From Syntrophales bacterium (GTDB lineage Bacteria > Desulfobacterota > Syntrophia > Syntrophales > UBA8958), in NCBI GenBank assembly GCA_023231165.1, contig JALNVY010000001.1:1-55254 (forward strand): DNA of 55,254 nt, in the 5' to 3' direction. The position numbers were made by a program, and so were the translations under genes. Shown one piece after another: positions 37,875 to 46,563 of this stretch. The notes beneath the pieces were generated by a model. The model saw only the letters and a list, made by a program, of their open reading frames with translations. It did no database searches and was not told the origin of the DNA. Each line of letters opens with the position of its first letter. Within the stretch, counting starts at the first letter, position 1.

Positions 37875-38603
37875 ATGAATGCATGGGAAATGTTCAATAA
37901 ACGTTTTTTCGCCATAATCCTGGTAGTTGTGCTTGTGATTTTTATTTCAGCGGGAGATCTCTTTTCCGTTCTGGAAGAATCAGTCGTGGTGGCTAAATAC
38001 AGATCGCCCCGGTTGGTCGATGGCGTCCCGGAAGGCTGGACCCTGATGAAGCACAGCGGCACCCCGAATATAAATCTAGTCAGGGCGGGAGATGCCTATT
38101 ATGTCAGGATGATAAGTGATCCCCGTTCGGGATTCGGCATCGAAAGGAACATGCGGGTTGATCTCAAGGAATATCCCTATCTCAACTGGACATGGCGGGC
38201 AACAAAACTTCCCAAGGGAGGGGATGTCCGCAAATCCGCAACGGATGATCAGGCCCTGCAGGTCTATGTGGTTTTTCCCTCCACGGTTTTCCCTGAAAAA
38301 CTCAATACCCCGATCCTGACTTATATCTGGGACAATGAAGCCCCGAAGGGCCTGTCGACTCGGAGCCCTAAGCCCTTCCTGAAGAGGATACGTTACCTCG
38401 TTCTCCGTAACAAAACCGATCAACTGGGGAACTGGTACACCGAGAAGAGAAATATCTACGAAGACTATAAGCGGATTTTCCGGGACATCCATGGAGGAGA
38501 ACCCATGGGGGCGATCCATGGCGTCCGTTTTTACATCAATTCCCAGAATACCAGGAGCAATGCCGAAGGCTATATAGGGGAGATGTCCTTCAGCAAAAAC
38601 TGA
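37875..38603 (+). CDS. DUF3047 domain protein (N-terminal membrane anchor)
   Basis: The ORF opens at GTG 37833, overlapping the pyrE stop; the first ATG is at 37875. A TM helix (FFAIILVVVLVIFISAG) is followed by YLNWTWRATKLPKGGDVRKSATDDQALQVYVVF, the DUF3047 pattern. Confidence 0.65.
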   Translation: MNAWEMFNKRFFAIILVVVLVIFISAGDLFSVLEESVVVAKYRSPRLVDGVPEGWTLMKHSGTPNINLVRAGDAYYVRMISDPRSGFGIERNMRVDLKEYPYLNWTWRATKLPKGGDVRKSATDDQALQVYVVFPSTVFPEKLNTPILTYIWDNEAPKGLSTRSPKPFLKRIRYLVLRNKTDQLGNWYTEKRNIYEDYKRIFRDIHGGEPMGAIHGVRFYINSQNTRSNAEGYIGEMSFSKN

Positions 38604-38725
38604 CGGCTTCGTAAGAAGTCCGGATGCTGCGTTGCGCCGCATCCATCGGCACTGCGGCGTACGCCAAGTACGCCTCATTCCTCAGTATCTGCACGCCTTG
38701 CCTGCGGATTTTTTAAAAAGCCGTC
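38602..38725 (+). mobile_element. MITE-like palindromic repeat, copy 2 (124 bp)
   Basis: Aligns over its full length with 21396-21520 (15 substitutions and one 1-nt deletion by hand alignment). It has the same orientation and the same overlap with the upstream TGA stop. The 3' inverted repeat is degenerate. Confidence 0.75.
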
Positions 38726-38769
38726 GATTATGTCAAACTTTTCAACTTTTTAGGGATTCCTCAAAACTG

Positions 38770-41700
38770 ATGAAAAAGAGAATCCTCATCATCTGCGTCA
38801 CCCTTGTTAGCATCCTGATAACGGGCGGCCTGTTCGTCGTCTATTTCTATCAACAAATCCAAAATCTTGAGGCATACAGGCCGACCATCGTGGACTACGC
38901 GAAAAAGGCCCTGGATCGGGATATTCAATATGCATCCGGCCATGTCTCCTTTGGCTTTTGGCCGGCGCTGACCTTTGACAGGGTTGCGATCATGGAGAAG
39001 AATAGTTGCGACCCTTTTGTCTCAGTGGCGCGGCTGACCGTTCGCGTCGCCCTGCTGCCCTATCTGCTGGAGCGGAAAATCATCCTGAAGGAAATTGATC
39101 TGCAACAGCCTTATATTGTCATTATCCGGGACAAACAGGGGAAGTGGAATATTGACGATCTGATGGAAACGAAAAAAGAACCGCCCGTGGAACTCGGCGG
39201 TCTGACTGTTCAGGGAGGGGCCGTAACGTTACGTGATCTATGGATAAGCCCGAAAGGGATTCAAGCCGATTTTAAGGATGTCCGCCTTAAAATCGATCAG
39301 ATACAGCGGGAAAGGAAGACCAGTTTTCAGCTTGAAGCGGTCCTCTCGGAAAGCGCCCGTAGGGCCAGTCTGGCGGTGGAAGGATCTCTTTATCTCCCCC
39401 GGTATCCGGAACCACTCATTAATAGCCGGATCGATTCCCGGCTCCGTATTCAGGAACTCGATCTCGCCACTTGCCGGCCCTATTACGGCGGTAAAGTTCC
39501 TTTTCAGCAGTTAGCCGGTCTGCTTAATGTCAATATCGCCATCAAAGGTCAAAAACAGGAGTTTACCTCTTCCGGGGCTATAGAACTTAAAAATGTAAAG
39601 TTTCAGTATCCCCGGGTATTTCCAGGTCCGCTGGCGCCAACCTCATTGCGCCTGATCTATAATCTAAAACGCACCCCCGAGGAGATTTTCCTGAACAAGG
39701 CCGAACTTGCCGTTGATGATGTCATGATTAAAGGGCAGGCTGCAATCAGGGAATTGCGGACAGAAGATCCATTCATTGATGTAAAGGCCACGCTGGGGCC
39801 TTTTGATCTGGAAAAATACGGACAATATGTCCCTTATGGCATCATCCACCCGGTAACGGCCGCGTTTATCAAGGAACATATCCGGGCCGGTCTTTTCCAT
39901 ATCCAGGAGAGTTCTTTGAAAGGCCGGTTGAGCCAACTCCGAAAGTGGGGAGGGGCAGATCACAACGATCTCCTCGTTGTGAAGACTTCCGTGTCAAAGG
40001 GTGTCGTAGGTTTTGGCAACTCGACACCAGTCTTTAACGGCATCACGGGAGAACTGGTGTTTATGGAACGGGATATTCAGTTCAATCAGCTGACGGGATA
40101 TTTCGGGACCTCACCCGTTACCTTGACCGGAAAAATTGCCGGATATCCCCTCCCTGAACCTGCCACCTATCCCTTCAACGCCACCGTTCAGCCGACAAAC
40201 CGCGAACTGGCCTGGCTGATCGGGGAAGATCTGATGAAAAAGCTGTCTTTAAGCGGTAATACAACCTTGAAGTTGAGCGGCTTGGGACCATTGGCCAATT
40301 ATCGCCTGAATGGGGAATGGAACCTGACGCCGGCCCGCTACCGATATGGCGATGTCATGATCAAGCCGGCAGGGCAGAAAAACCAGCTGGATTTTGTGGC
40401 GGCGATCAGGGACGGGAAGCTGCAGATGGACCCGTTTAATTATTCTTTGGGAACCCTTGTCCTGTCGGGAACCTTGACGTCACCCCTTAAGGATGCAAAA
40501 CAGCCATATTCCATGTCTTTTCACACGAATACGGTCAACCTCCGGGATCTCCAGACTTACTTTCCTGAACTCAAACGGCGGCAGGCGGAGGGTTTGGCTC
40601 AAGCCGTAATCACCGGCGAGGGAGGGGGAAAAACAGGGACGCCCGACCGTTGGCGCGGCGATATTTCCATGCAGGGAACGTCCTTCCATCTGTCGGAAAA
40701 TATAAAAATAATTAAGGACGTGAATGGTTCAATACACCTGGAAGGCGAAAAAGCAACCTCTTCCCGTCTATCCGGACGTTATGGCGAGACGCCCTTTACC
40801 GTGGGTGGTGAGGTTGCGGATTTCAAAGCCCCGGTCTTTTCCATGACGTTTTCCCTACCCATTTTTCATCCCGAGGATTTTAATTATCGAAGCCTGCCGG
40901 CAGGGTATCAGATACGTGATATCAGCGGCGATGTTTCCTTCCGGAATGATCTCTGGCAGGTCCGCTCGCTGTCCGCCCGTCTCAACGATTCGGTTGTGAC
41001 GGCTAGGGGGTCTGTTCAGGATGGCCGGGAAAGGGTCATCAAGGGCGACGTTTCTTTCTCTTACCTCAAGGGGGAGGATCTGGCGGCGATGATGAAATTG
41101 GAGAAAACAGGGGGTAAGAAAACAGCAGCCCCCCCATTATCCATACAGACCACGGTCCGGGCAGCGACGGGCAAGCTCGGGGGACTGTCTTTTTCAGACT
41201 TCCGCGCCGACCTTACTTATAATGCAAACAAGCCCGAATTCCCCCCGCTCATAAAAGCCGCAGTCCGGGCGACCGGAGGTAAACTCGATGATCTGTCCCT
41301 TAAAGATCTTCACGCCGATCTTAGCTATAATTCAGAAAAGCTTGAATTTTCGTCGCTTACCTGGGCCATGCAGGACGGACGCGGCGCCGCCAAAGGATCT
41401 ACCCAGTTTCCGGCGGCAAGTTCCCCGCGCCATCAGTATCAATTCCAGCTTGACCGGGTGCCGGCAGAGGCCCTTTTCTGGACAGCGGAGAAAGCGGAGA
41501 AAGACCAGCGGGTCAAGGGGACCGTGACGGCAAAAGGCGATCTCACCGCCACCGGAAAAACCGCCGCCGAGCTGAAAGCGTCTGCCGCTGGCATGGTGAA
41601 TATGTATATCGAAAAAGGAATAATTAGGAAAGTCAATACATTATATAAAATATTTTCCGTTCTCAATATGTCTCAGTTATTGAAATTTAAACTTCCCGAC

Positions 41701-42102
41701 ATGACTGCGGACGGAATGCCGTATAATTCCATTACGGCAACTCTACTTTTTAAAAACGGGGTCATGACAAGCAAAAATTTCTATATCGACAGCGAAGCCA
41801 TTAATATCCTCGCCATGGGCAGTATGGACATTATTCAGGAAAAGATTGACCTTAAAGTCGGTCTGCAACCCCTGCAAACTTTGGACAAGATCGTCAGCAG
41901 GATTCCGGTGGTGGGCTGGATCCTGACGGATGAAGATAGAAGGTTTATTACTGTCTATTTTGAAGTAAAAGGACCAGTGGGAGATCCTGAGGTCAAGGCC
42001 ATTCCGGGAAGGGAATTATCAGCAGAAGGCCTCGACATGGTTAAAAGGGTATTCAAACTTCCCCAAAAACTTATTACCGATACGGGGGAAGTCCTTTACT
42101 GA
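38770..42102 (+). CDS. AsmA/YhdP-like large envelope protein
   Basis: The ATG at 38770 gives MKKRILIICVTLVSILITGGLF, an N-terminal anchor. The ~1110-aa beta-rich body and a C-terminal AsmA-like region (MPYNSITATLLFKNGVMTSKNFYIDSEAINILAMGSMD) follow. The ORF upstream of 38770 runs through the repeat and is discounted. Confidence 0.7.
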   Translation: MKKRILIICVTLVSILITGGLFVVYFYQQIQNLEAYRPTIVDYAKKALDRDIQYASGHVSFGFWPALTFDRVAIMEKNSCDPFVSVARLTVRVALLPYLLERKIILKEIDLQQPYIVIIRDKQGKWNIDDLMETKKEPPVELGGLTVQGGAVTLRDLWISPKGIQADFKDVRLKIDQIQRERKTSFQLEAVLSESARRASLAVEGSLYLPRYPEPLINSRIDSRLRIQELDLATCRPYYGGKVPFQQLAGLLNVNIAIKGQKQEFTSSGAIELKNVKFQYPRVFPGPLAPTSLRLIYNLKRTPEEIFLNKAELAVDDVMIKGQAAIRELRTEDPFIDVKATLGPFDLEKYGQYVPYGIIHPVTAAFIKEHIRAGLFHIQESSLKGRLSQLRKWGGADHNDLLVVKTSVSKGVVGFGNSTPVFNGITGELVFMERDIQFNQLTGYFGTSPVTLTGKIAGYPLPEPATYPFNATVQPTNRELAWLIGEDLMKKLSLSGNTTLKLSGLGPLANYRLNGEWNLTPARYRYGDVMIKPAGQKNQLDFVAAIRDGKLQMDPFNYSLGTLVLSGTLTSPLKDAKQPYSMSFHTNTVNLRDLQTYFPELKRRQAEGLAQAVITGEGGGKTGTPDRWRGDISMQGTSFHLSENIKIIKDVNGSIHLEGEKATSSRLSGRYGETPFTVGGEVADFKAPVFSMTFSLPIFHPEDFNYRSLPAGYQIRDISGDVSFRNDLWQVRSLSARLNDSVVTARGSVQDGRERVIKGDVSFSYLKGEDLAAMMKLEKTGGKKTAAPPLSIQTTVRAATGKLGGLSFSDFRADLTYNANKPEFPPLIKAAVRATGGKLDDLSLKDLHADLSYNSEKLEFSSLTWAMQDGRGAAKGSTQFPAASSPRHQYQFQLDRVPAEALFWTAEKAEKDQRVKGTVTAKGDLTATGKTAAELKASAAGMVNMYIEKGIIRKVNTLYKIFSVLNMSQLLKFKLPDMTADGMPYNSITATLLFKNGVMTSKNFYIDSEAINILAMGSMDIIQEKIDLKVGLQPLQTLDKIVSRIPVVGWILTDEDRRFITVYFEVKGPVGDPEVKAIPGRELSAEGLDMVKRVFKLPQKLITDTGEVLY

Positions 42103-42809
42103 TAGGATATTCGTAGCCGGTTAACGGCCAGATGGGCCTGCCGGATAGGCTCCGGCAGCCGGTATCCACGGCAGCACTTCAGGGTGACCTCCCTGGATCT
42201 CTCCAGACTGATCAGATGTCCCGGAGAGACGAAAACCGGACGCACTCGGGCCTTGGTTCTCAAGACAGACCCGATCACCTGTTCCTGATAAAGCAGGTCC
42301 TCATGGTCCCCCGGTAATGGTCCCGGTTCCCGGTGCTCCCCGCAAAGGCGTGATTTAGCGCAGCCAATTGCCGGAATATCGAGAAAAAGACCCATGTGTG
42401 CGGCGAGGCCAACTCCCCGGGGATGAGCAATACCTTGGCCATCAAATATGATAAGGTCCGGCACTCGCATCATATTTTTAAAAGCCTTCAATAAAACCGG
42501 TCCTTCTCGGAAACTCAACAATCCGGGAATATAAGGGAAAGATGCCCTTTCGATGGCATGGGCCTTTTCGATTGGCTGCATATCTGGATAGGACAGAAGT
42601 ACGACTGTGGCAAAGAATAAATCGCTGTTGCGCCCATAGGAAATATCCGCGCCGGCGATTAAATGTATCGGCCCGGTTTTGATTCGGTCATGAAGAATAA
42701 GTTGCTTCTTTAAGGTATTCTGGATAGATACGGCTTCTTCGTAAGTGACATTCCATGGATGAGGAAGACTCAAATTCAGGGGTTGCTTTTCGGGTCGTGG
42801 TGCCGCCAT
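42096..42809 (-). CDS. nfi: endonuclease V
   Basis: 237 aa with LIAGADISY, FPYIPGLLSFREGP, DLIIFDGQGIAHPRGVGLAAHMG and PAIGCAKSRL. The 3' end overlaps the AsmA-like stop by 7 nt (convergent). Confidence 0.85.
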   Translation of the reverse strand: MAAPRPEKQPLNLSLPHPWNVTYEEAVSIQNTLKKQLILHDRIKTGPIHLIAGADISYGRNSDLFFATVVLLSYPDMQPIEKAHAIERASFPYIPGLLSFREGPVLLKAFKNMMRVPDLIIFDGQGIAHPRGVGLAAHMGLFLDIPAIGCAKSRLCGEHREPGPLPGDHEDLLYQEQVIGSVLRTKARVRPVFVSPGHLISLERSREVTLKCCRGYRLPEPIRQAHLAVNRLRISYQ

Positions 42810-42849
42810 TTTCCTGTCTGTACCCTGAGGCGGTGAATGAAGTCACCCG

Positions 42850-43773
42850 TCAGGGTATAATCTTGCGGGCCTGTTCGATATCCTTCCGGATCTGGACGAT
42901 CAGCTCCGCCGGACCATTGAATTTTTTCTCTTCCCGGAGTTTCTCAATGAAAAGGATTTCCAGGGTTTTCCCGTAGATGTCTCCTTTAAAATCGAGGATA
43001 TGGACTTCAATAGACATTTGATTGTCATCGAAGGTCGGGTTCATACCGATATTAAGAACACTGCCGTAGGTTTGATCATCGATCCTGGCCAGGGCTGCGT
43101 AAACGCCAGGGGCAGGAACAAGCGCCTTTTCAGGTTCAATATTAGCGGTGGGGAAGCCAAGACCGGCGCCGCGATTATGCCCCGGAACAACCCTGCCCAC
43201 AAGATTGTAAGGTCGCCCCAGCCAGGCCGCCGCCGCTTTAACGTCGCCGGCGAGGATGGCGTTGCGCACCAGGGTGCTGCTGATAATCGTTTCATCCACC
43301 TGGAAGGCCCTCATTACCTCCACCTCAAAACCCAGTTTCTGCCCCTGAGCGATAAGAAAAGTTTCATTTCCTTCTTTACCTTTACCAAAGGTATAATCAT
43401 GGCCAATCAGGATTTTTTTTATCCGTAATTTTCCCCACAGGAGATCACAGACAAACTCTCTGGCAGTTGTTTTTGAAAAATCAAGATTAAAGGGAATTAT
43501 GATCAGCCCATCAACACCCTGGGCCTCAATAAGGCGGATCTTTTCCTCAATCGATGTGATCAGATAGAAGGGACGGCGGTCCGGATGCAGGACCATCTTC
43601 GGATGGGGATCGAAGGTGAGGACTACCGCTTGCCGTTGCGCGTTCCGGGCCTGATCGACAAGATGCCGAAACAGGAACTGATGCCCCTTGTGGACGCCGT
43701 CGAAGTTACCTATGGTCAGGTAAGAACCGGTTAATTCATCGGGAATATTGTCTATTTGATGGATGGTTTTCAT
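42850..43773 (-). CDS. ribF: bifunctional riboflavin kinase / FMN adenylyltransferase
   Basis: The ATG at 43773 gives MKTIHQID. Motifs are GNFDGVHKGHQ, FPTANI, GMNPTF and a C-terminal kinase block. Confidence 0.85.
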   Translation of the reverse strand: MKTIHQIDNIPDELTGSYLTIGNFDGVHKGHQFLFRHLVDQARNAQRQAVVLTFDPHPKMVLHPDRRPFYLITSIEEKIRLIEAQGVDGLIIIPFNLDFSKTTAREFVCDLLWGKLRIKKILIGHDYTFGKGKEGNETFLIAQGQKLGFEVEVMRAFQVDETIISSTLVRNAILAGDVKAAAAWLGRPYNLVGRVVPGHNRGAGLGFPTANIEPEKALVPAPGVYAALARIDDQTYGSVLNIGMNPTFDDNQMSIEVHILDFKGDIYGKTLEILFIEKLREEKKFNGPAELIVQIRKDIEQARKIIP

Positions 43774-43867
43774 AGGGCGCCACCATAGCACGAATCCGTT
43801 AATTTTCAAGATCAATTTTGCTTGACAAGGCAAGGACGACAAGTGTAAAAAGCGGGCAGAAAAAACA

Positions 43868-43954
43868 TGCCGAAGTGGCGGAATTGGTAGACGCGCTAGG
43901 TTCAGGGTCTAGTGGGTGTACGCTCGTCCCGGTTCAAATCCGGGCTTCGGCACC
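43868..43954 (+). tRNA. tRNA-Leu (anticodon CAG), class II with long variable arm, CCA encoded
   Basis: The acceptor stem GCCGAAG pairs with CTTCGGC. The D-arm is GGAATTGGTAGAC and the anticodon stem-loop is CTAGG-TTCAGGG-TCTAG. A long variable arm and the T-arm CCGGTTCAAATCCGG are followed by ACCA. Confidence 0.9.
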
Positions 43955-43987
43955 ATAAGAAAAACAGGGGGTTAGCTGATTTATCGG

Positions 43988-44290
43988 TTAGCCCTCTGTT
44001 GCTTTGAGGGGTGCTTGGTCAACGTTTTGGTCAACACTTTTCAAAAAGCCTTCCATTTGGTCAACGGCTTTTCTGGCGTCCGGGTTGAGTCTGTATAAGT
44101 ACACCTGTATATTCTTAAGGATGTCAACACAATCCCTGAAAGAAAAATACTTACGCCATGTCTTCATTAGACTCTGGGATAAAAGTGCGTAGGGCGATTC
44201 ACCCTGCGAAATGCTTTACGCATTTCAGGTGGCAGCGATGGGTGTTTCTGACTGATGCGCGGCGGATCATCCTTGTATAAAAAGCACATA
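43988..44290 (-). pseudogene. possible degenerate tyrosine-recombinase (integrase) C-terminal remnant
   Basis: Minus-strand translation needs a frame change and passes TAA-TGA stops. One frame gives ...RPTHFYPRV**RHGVSIFLSGIVLTSLRIY. The other (59-aa ORF 43988..44167) gives TWRKYFSFRDCVDILKNIQVYLYRLNPDARKAVDQME. These loosely resemble the HxLRH...GVDLxxIQ...YxHLxPExxxxAV end of integrases. The remnant lies 34 nt from the tRNA 3' end. Confidence 0.3.
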
Positions 44291-44418
44291 AAATCATATA
44301 TATGCGCAATATTTATGTCGTTCCGCCGCCCTTGGCACGCATTGTGATTATAGATAAGGCAGGACTTCGGCCACCAATAATTAATAATCATCTGACAAAA
44401 AGGGAAGGAATCACAAAT

Positions 44419-44856
44419 ATGCCAGCTAAACAGAAAAAGGAGGCCGTCATGGCAAAGTCAATAAAGGCAGCAAAAACAATGAAAGCACCTAGGAAAGCGA
44501 AAAAAAATGATGATGTCGACAGGGCATTTGAAATGACTTCAGAAGATCTTCCGGAGAAATGGAAGGACAAACTGGAGATGTTTTTTGAGGAAAGCGAGGC
44601 CGGGATTCATGATCACTGGCATCTAAAATCGGAAGAGATAGGCAGCATCGATGTGTATCATACCTTCGGGCGCTATGATATTACGAACCTTGTTGAAGGT
44701 AACATCAAGGTTTTCCTAAAGGGACGGGCGGTAAAGATGCGGGGACAAGAGACCAAGGTCTTCAAGATTGAAGAAGGATATATTATTTCCCCGGCAGTTT
44801 ATGAAAACGCCAGTTGCTTCCGGTACGCCCTGCCAACGGAGGGTGAATCCGCATAA
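44419..44856 (+). CDS. hypothetical protein (basic N-terminus)
   Basis: The ATG at 44419 has AGGGAAGGA upstream (the ORF opens at 44302). 145 aa, followed by a strong terminator. No family recognised. Confidence 0.5.
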   Translation: MPAKQKKEAVMAKSIKAAKTMKAPRKAKKNDDVDRAFEMTSEDLPEKWKDKLEMFFEESEAGIHDHWHLKSEEIGSIDVYHTFGRYDITNLVEGNIKVFLKGRAVKMRGQETKVFKIEEGYIISPAVYENASCFRYALPTEGESA

Positions 44857-44903
44857 CGGGCCATTAAGATTATCACCAATCCGTTGTTATAAACGGAGGA
44901 AAA

Positions 44904-44943
44904 ACAGGAGCCGTTCCACAGGGGGGGAAGCTCCTGTTTTTTT
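44904..44943 (+). terminator. rho-independent terminator
   Basis: ACAGGAGC ... GCTCCTGT 8-bp stem followed by TTTTTTT. Confidence 0.7.
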
Positions 44944-45023
44944 ATGACCTTCCTTGACTCCCGCAAGATTTCCCGCTATCGTTACGTTAGAAATTCATCC
45001 TGATCAGAGGACGCAGAGGGTCC

Positions 45024-46553
45024 ATGGAAGTCTTTACATTAGCCGTTGTCAGCCTGGCCATCGCTGTTTTTCTTTTTTTTACCAAGCGGCAGAACCGGAT
45101 ACATCTGTCGTTTGCCTGCCTGTGCCTGGCCATTTTTTTCTATAAAGGGGGCAACTTTCTTTCCATTCATTTCCACTCCGGCTTCTGGAGTATGGTGGAA
45201 ATGCTCGGTCTCCTGGCCTTCTCTCCCCTGATCATTTCCTTCGGGCGTCTGCTGCTCAGCGATCAGAGCTTCCTGTCTCTACGCCAGACCATGGCGGCGG
45301 CATTTATCAGTCTGATTCTGATTGTTTCCCTGTTCACTCCCCTGGCGGACTGGCCCTACTGGAGCATGCTGATCTATGTTTACCCCGCTTCTGTCCTGGC
45401 TTTTTGTTACGGCGCCCTGATTCTCTTCATCCGCAGCAAGCCCGCGAGTGTGGAAAGAACGAGGATGCTGTATCTTTCCATCGCTTTCGGGATGGCGGCC
45501 CTCATCAGTGCCTGCGATGTCATCAAGCTTTTCGGATATGATTTTTCTCCGCTCTACAATATTTTTATCGCAGTTCTCATGTATATGATCTTTTTGATCG
45601 TCAATCACCCTCAACTTATGGATCTGCACGAGGTGATGGCCCGTGCCTTGATCACCGGCGTACTGACCCTGTGTGCGACCCTGGTGATCTACGTCTTTAT
45701 CCGGCTCTTCGGCAGCCCCTCTTCCTCGTCTCTGACGTATATTCTGCTTGCGTCCTTTCTCATTGTCATTTCCATTGAACCGTTGAAACAGGTCCTCAAG
45801 AACATCTTCAGTTGGATCTATCCGGAGAGTAAGGAGGCCTTCAATTTCCTCTATGCCTTCAATCAAAAGCTGGAGCGGGAAAAGAGCATGCTCCTGGAAG
45901 AAATGGCCCCCGTGCTGGCCCATGAAATCCGCAACCCCCTGGGATCGATCAAGGGAGCGGCGCAGTACCTGCGCTCCGAGGTTATGACCGATGAGGACAA
46001 GCGCCTCATCGACGTAATCATCGAGGAGGTAAACCGTCTCAATAGGGTCGTCAACCAGTTCTTGAGTTATGCGAAACCCTATAGTCTCAATCTGAAGCTT
46101 CAGGATGTCAACGCCGTCATTGCCAAGGCCATATCGATCGTCAAGGCTAATGATCTGACGGAAAAGATCGTGATCGAAGAGGAGTTGCGGCCAGATCTGC
46201 CGCTGGTCAATGTGGATGCGGAACAGTTGATCCAGGTGATTCTTAATATCGCCGTCAATGCCCTGGAGGCCATGCCCGAGGGGGGTAAACTCATTTTCCG
46301 AACCCGTCGGATCGACAGCGACCAGGGTAAGGCAGTAGGTATTTCCATTCGGGATACGGGAAAAGGGATAAAAAAGGATGAGCTGCGCAACGTCTTTAAA
46401 CCCTTTTTCACGACCAGGGAGCGGGGCGTCGGCTTGGGTCTGGCCATCTGCCAGCGTATTATCAAGAGTCATGGCGGCCATATCCGGGTAAAATCCATCC
46501 CCGGACAGGGAAGTATTTTCTATATCCGCCTACAGCGGGCGGTATTATCTTAG
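45024..46553 (+). CDS. membrane sensor histidine kinase (NtrB/AtoS-like)
   Basis: About 7 N-terminal TM helices. The H-box is LAHEIRNPLGSIKGAAQYL and the ATPase N/G boxes are NIAVNALEAM, IRDTGKGI and GVGLGLAICQ. Confidence 0.85.
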   Translation: MEVFTLAVVSLAIAVFLFFTKRQNRIHLSFACLCLAIFFYKGGNFLSIHFHSGFWSMVEMLGLLAFSPLIISFGRLLLSDQSFLSLRQTMAAAFISLILIVSLFTPLADWPYWSMLIYVYPASVLAFCYGALILFIRSKPASVERTRMLYLSIAFGMAALISACDVIKLFGYDFSPLYNIFIAVLMYMIFLIVNHPQLMDLHEVMARALITGVLTLCATLVIYVFIRLFGSPSSSSLTYILLASFLIVISIEPLKQVLKNIFSWIYPESKEAFNFLYAFNQKLEREKSMLLEEMAPVLAHEIRNPLGSIKGAAQYLRSEVMTDEDKRLIDVIIEEVNRLNRVVNQFLSYAKPYSLNLKLQDVNAVIAKAISIVKANDLTEKIVIEEELRPDLPLVNVDAEQLIQVILNIAVNALEAMPEGGKLIFRTRRIDSDQGKAVGISIRDTGKGIKKDELRNVFKPFFTTRERGVGLGLAICQRIIKSHGGHIRVKSIPGQGSIFYIRLQRAVLS

Positions 46554-46563
46554 CGGGGTTTCT

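Noticed and set aside
38076-38678. Minus-strand 200-aa ORF starting in the repeat (MRRTWRTPQCRWMRRNAASGLLTKPS); likewise ORF 21020..21436.
   Set aside because: The N-termini are supplied by translation of the MITE-like repeat, and the bodies are antisense to the DUF3047 and KS genes.
44004-44391. ORFs 44004..44192 (+) and 44167..44391 (-) as real genes.
   Set aside because: They have no RBS and lie in an AT-rich patch. They are better explained as fragments of, or shadows over, a degraded integrase-like remnant.
45279-46481. Minus-strand 400-aa ORF inside the histidine kinase gene.
   Set aside because: It is antisense to a CDS with H, N and G boxes.
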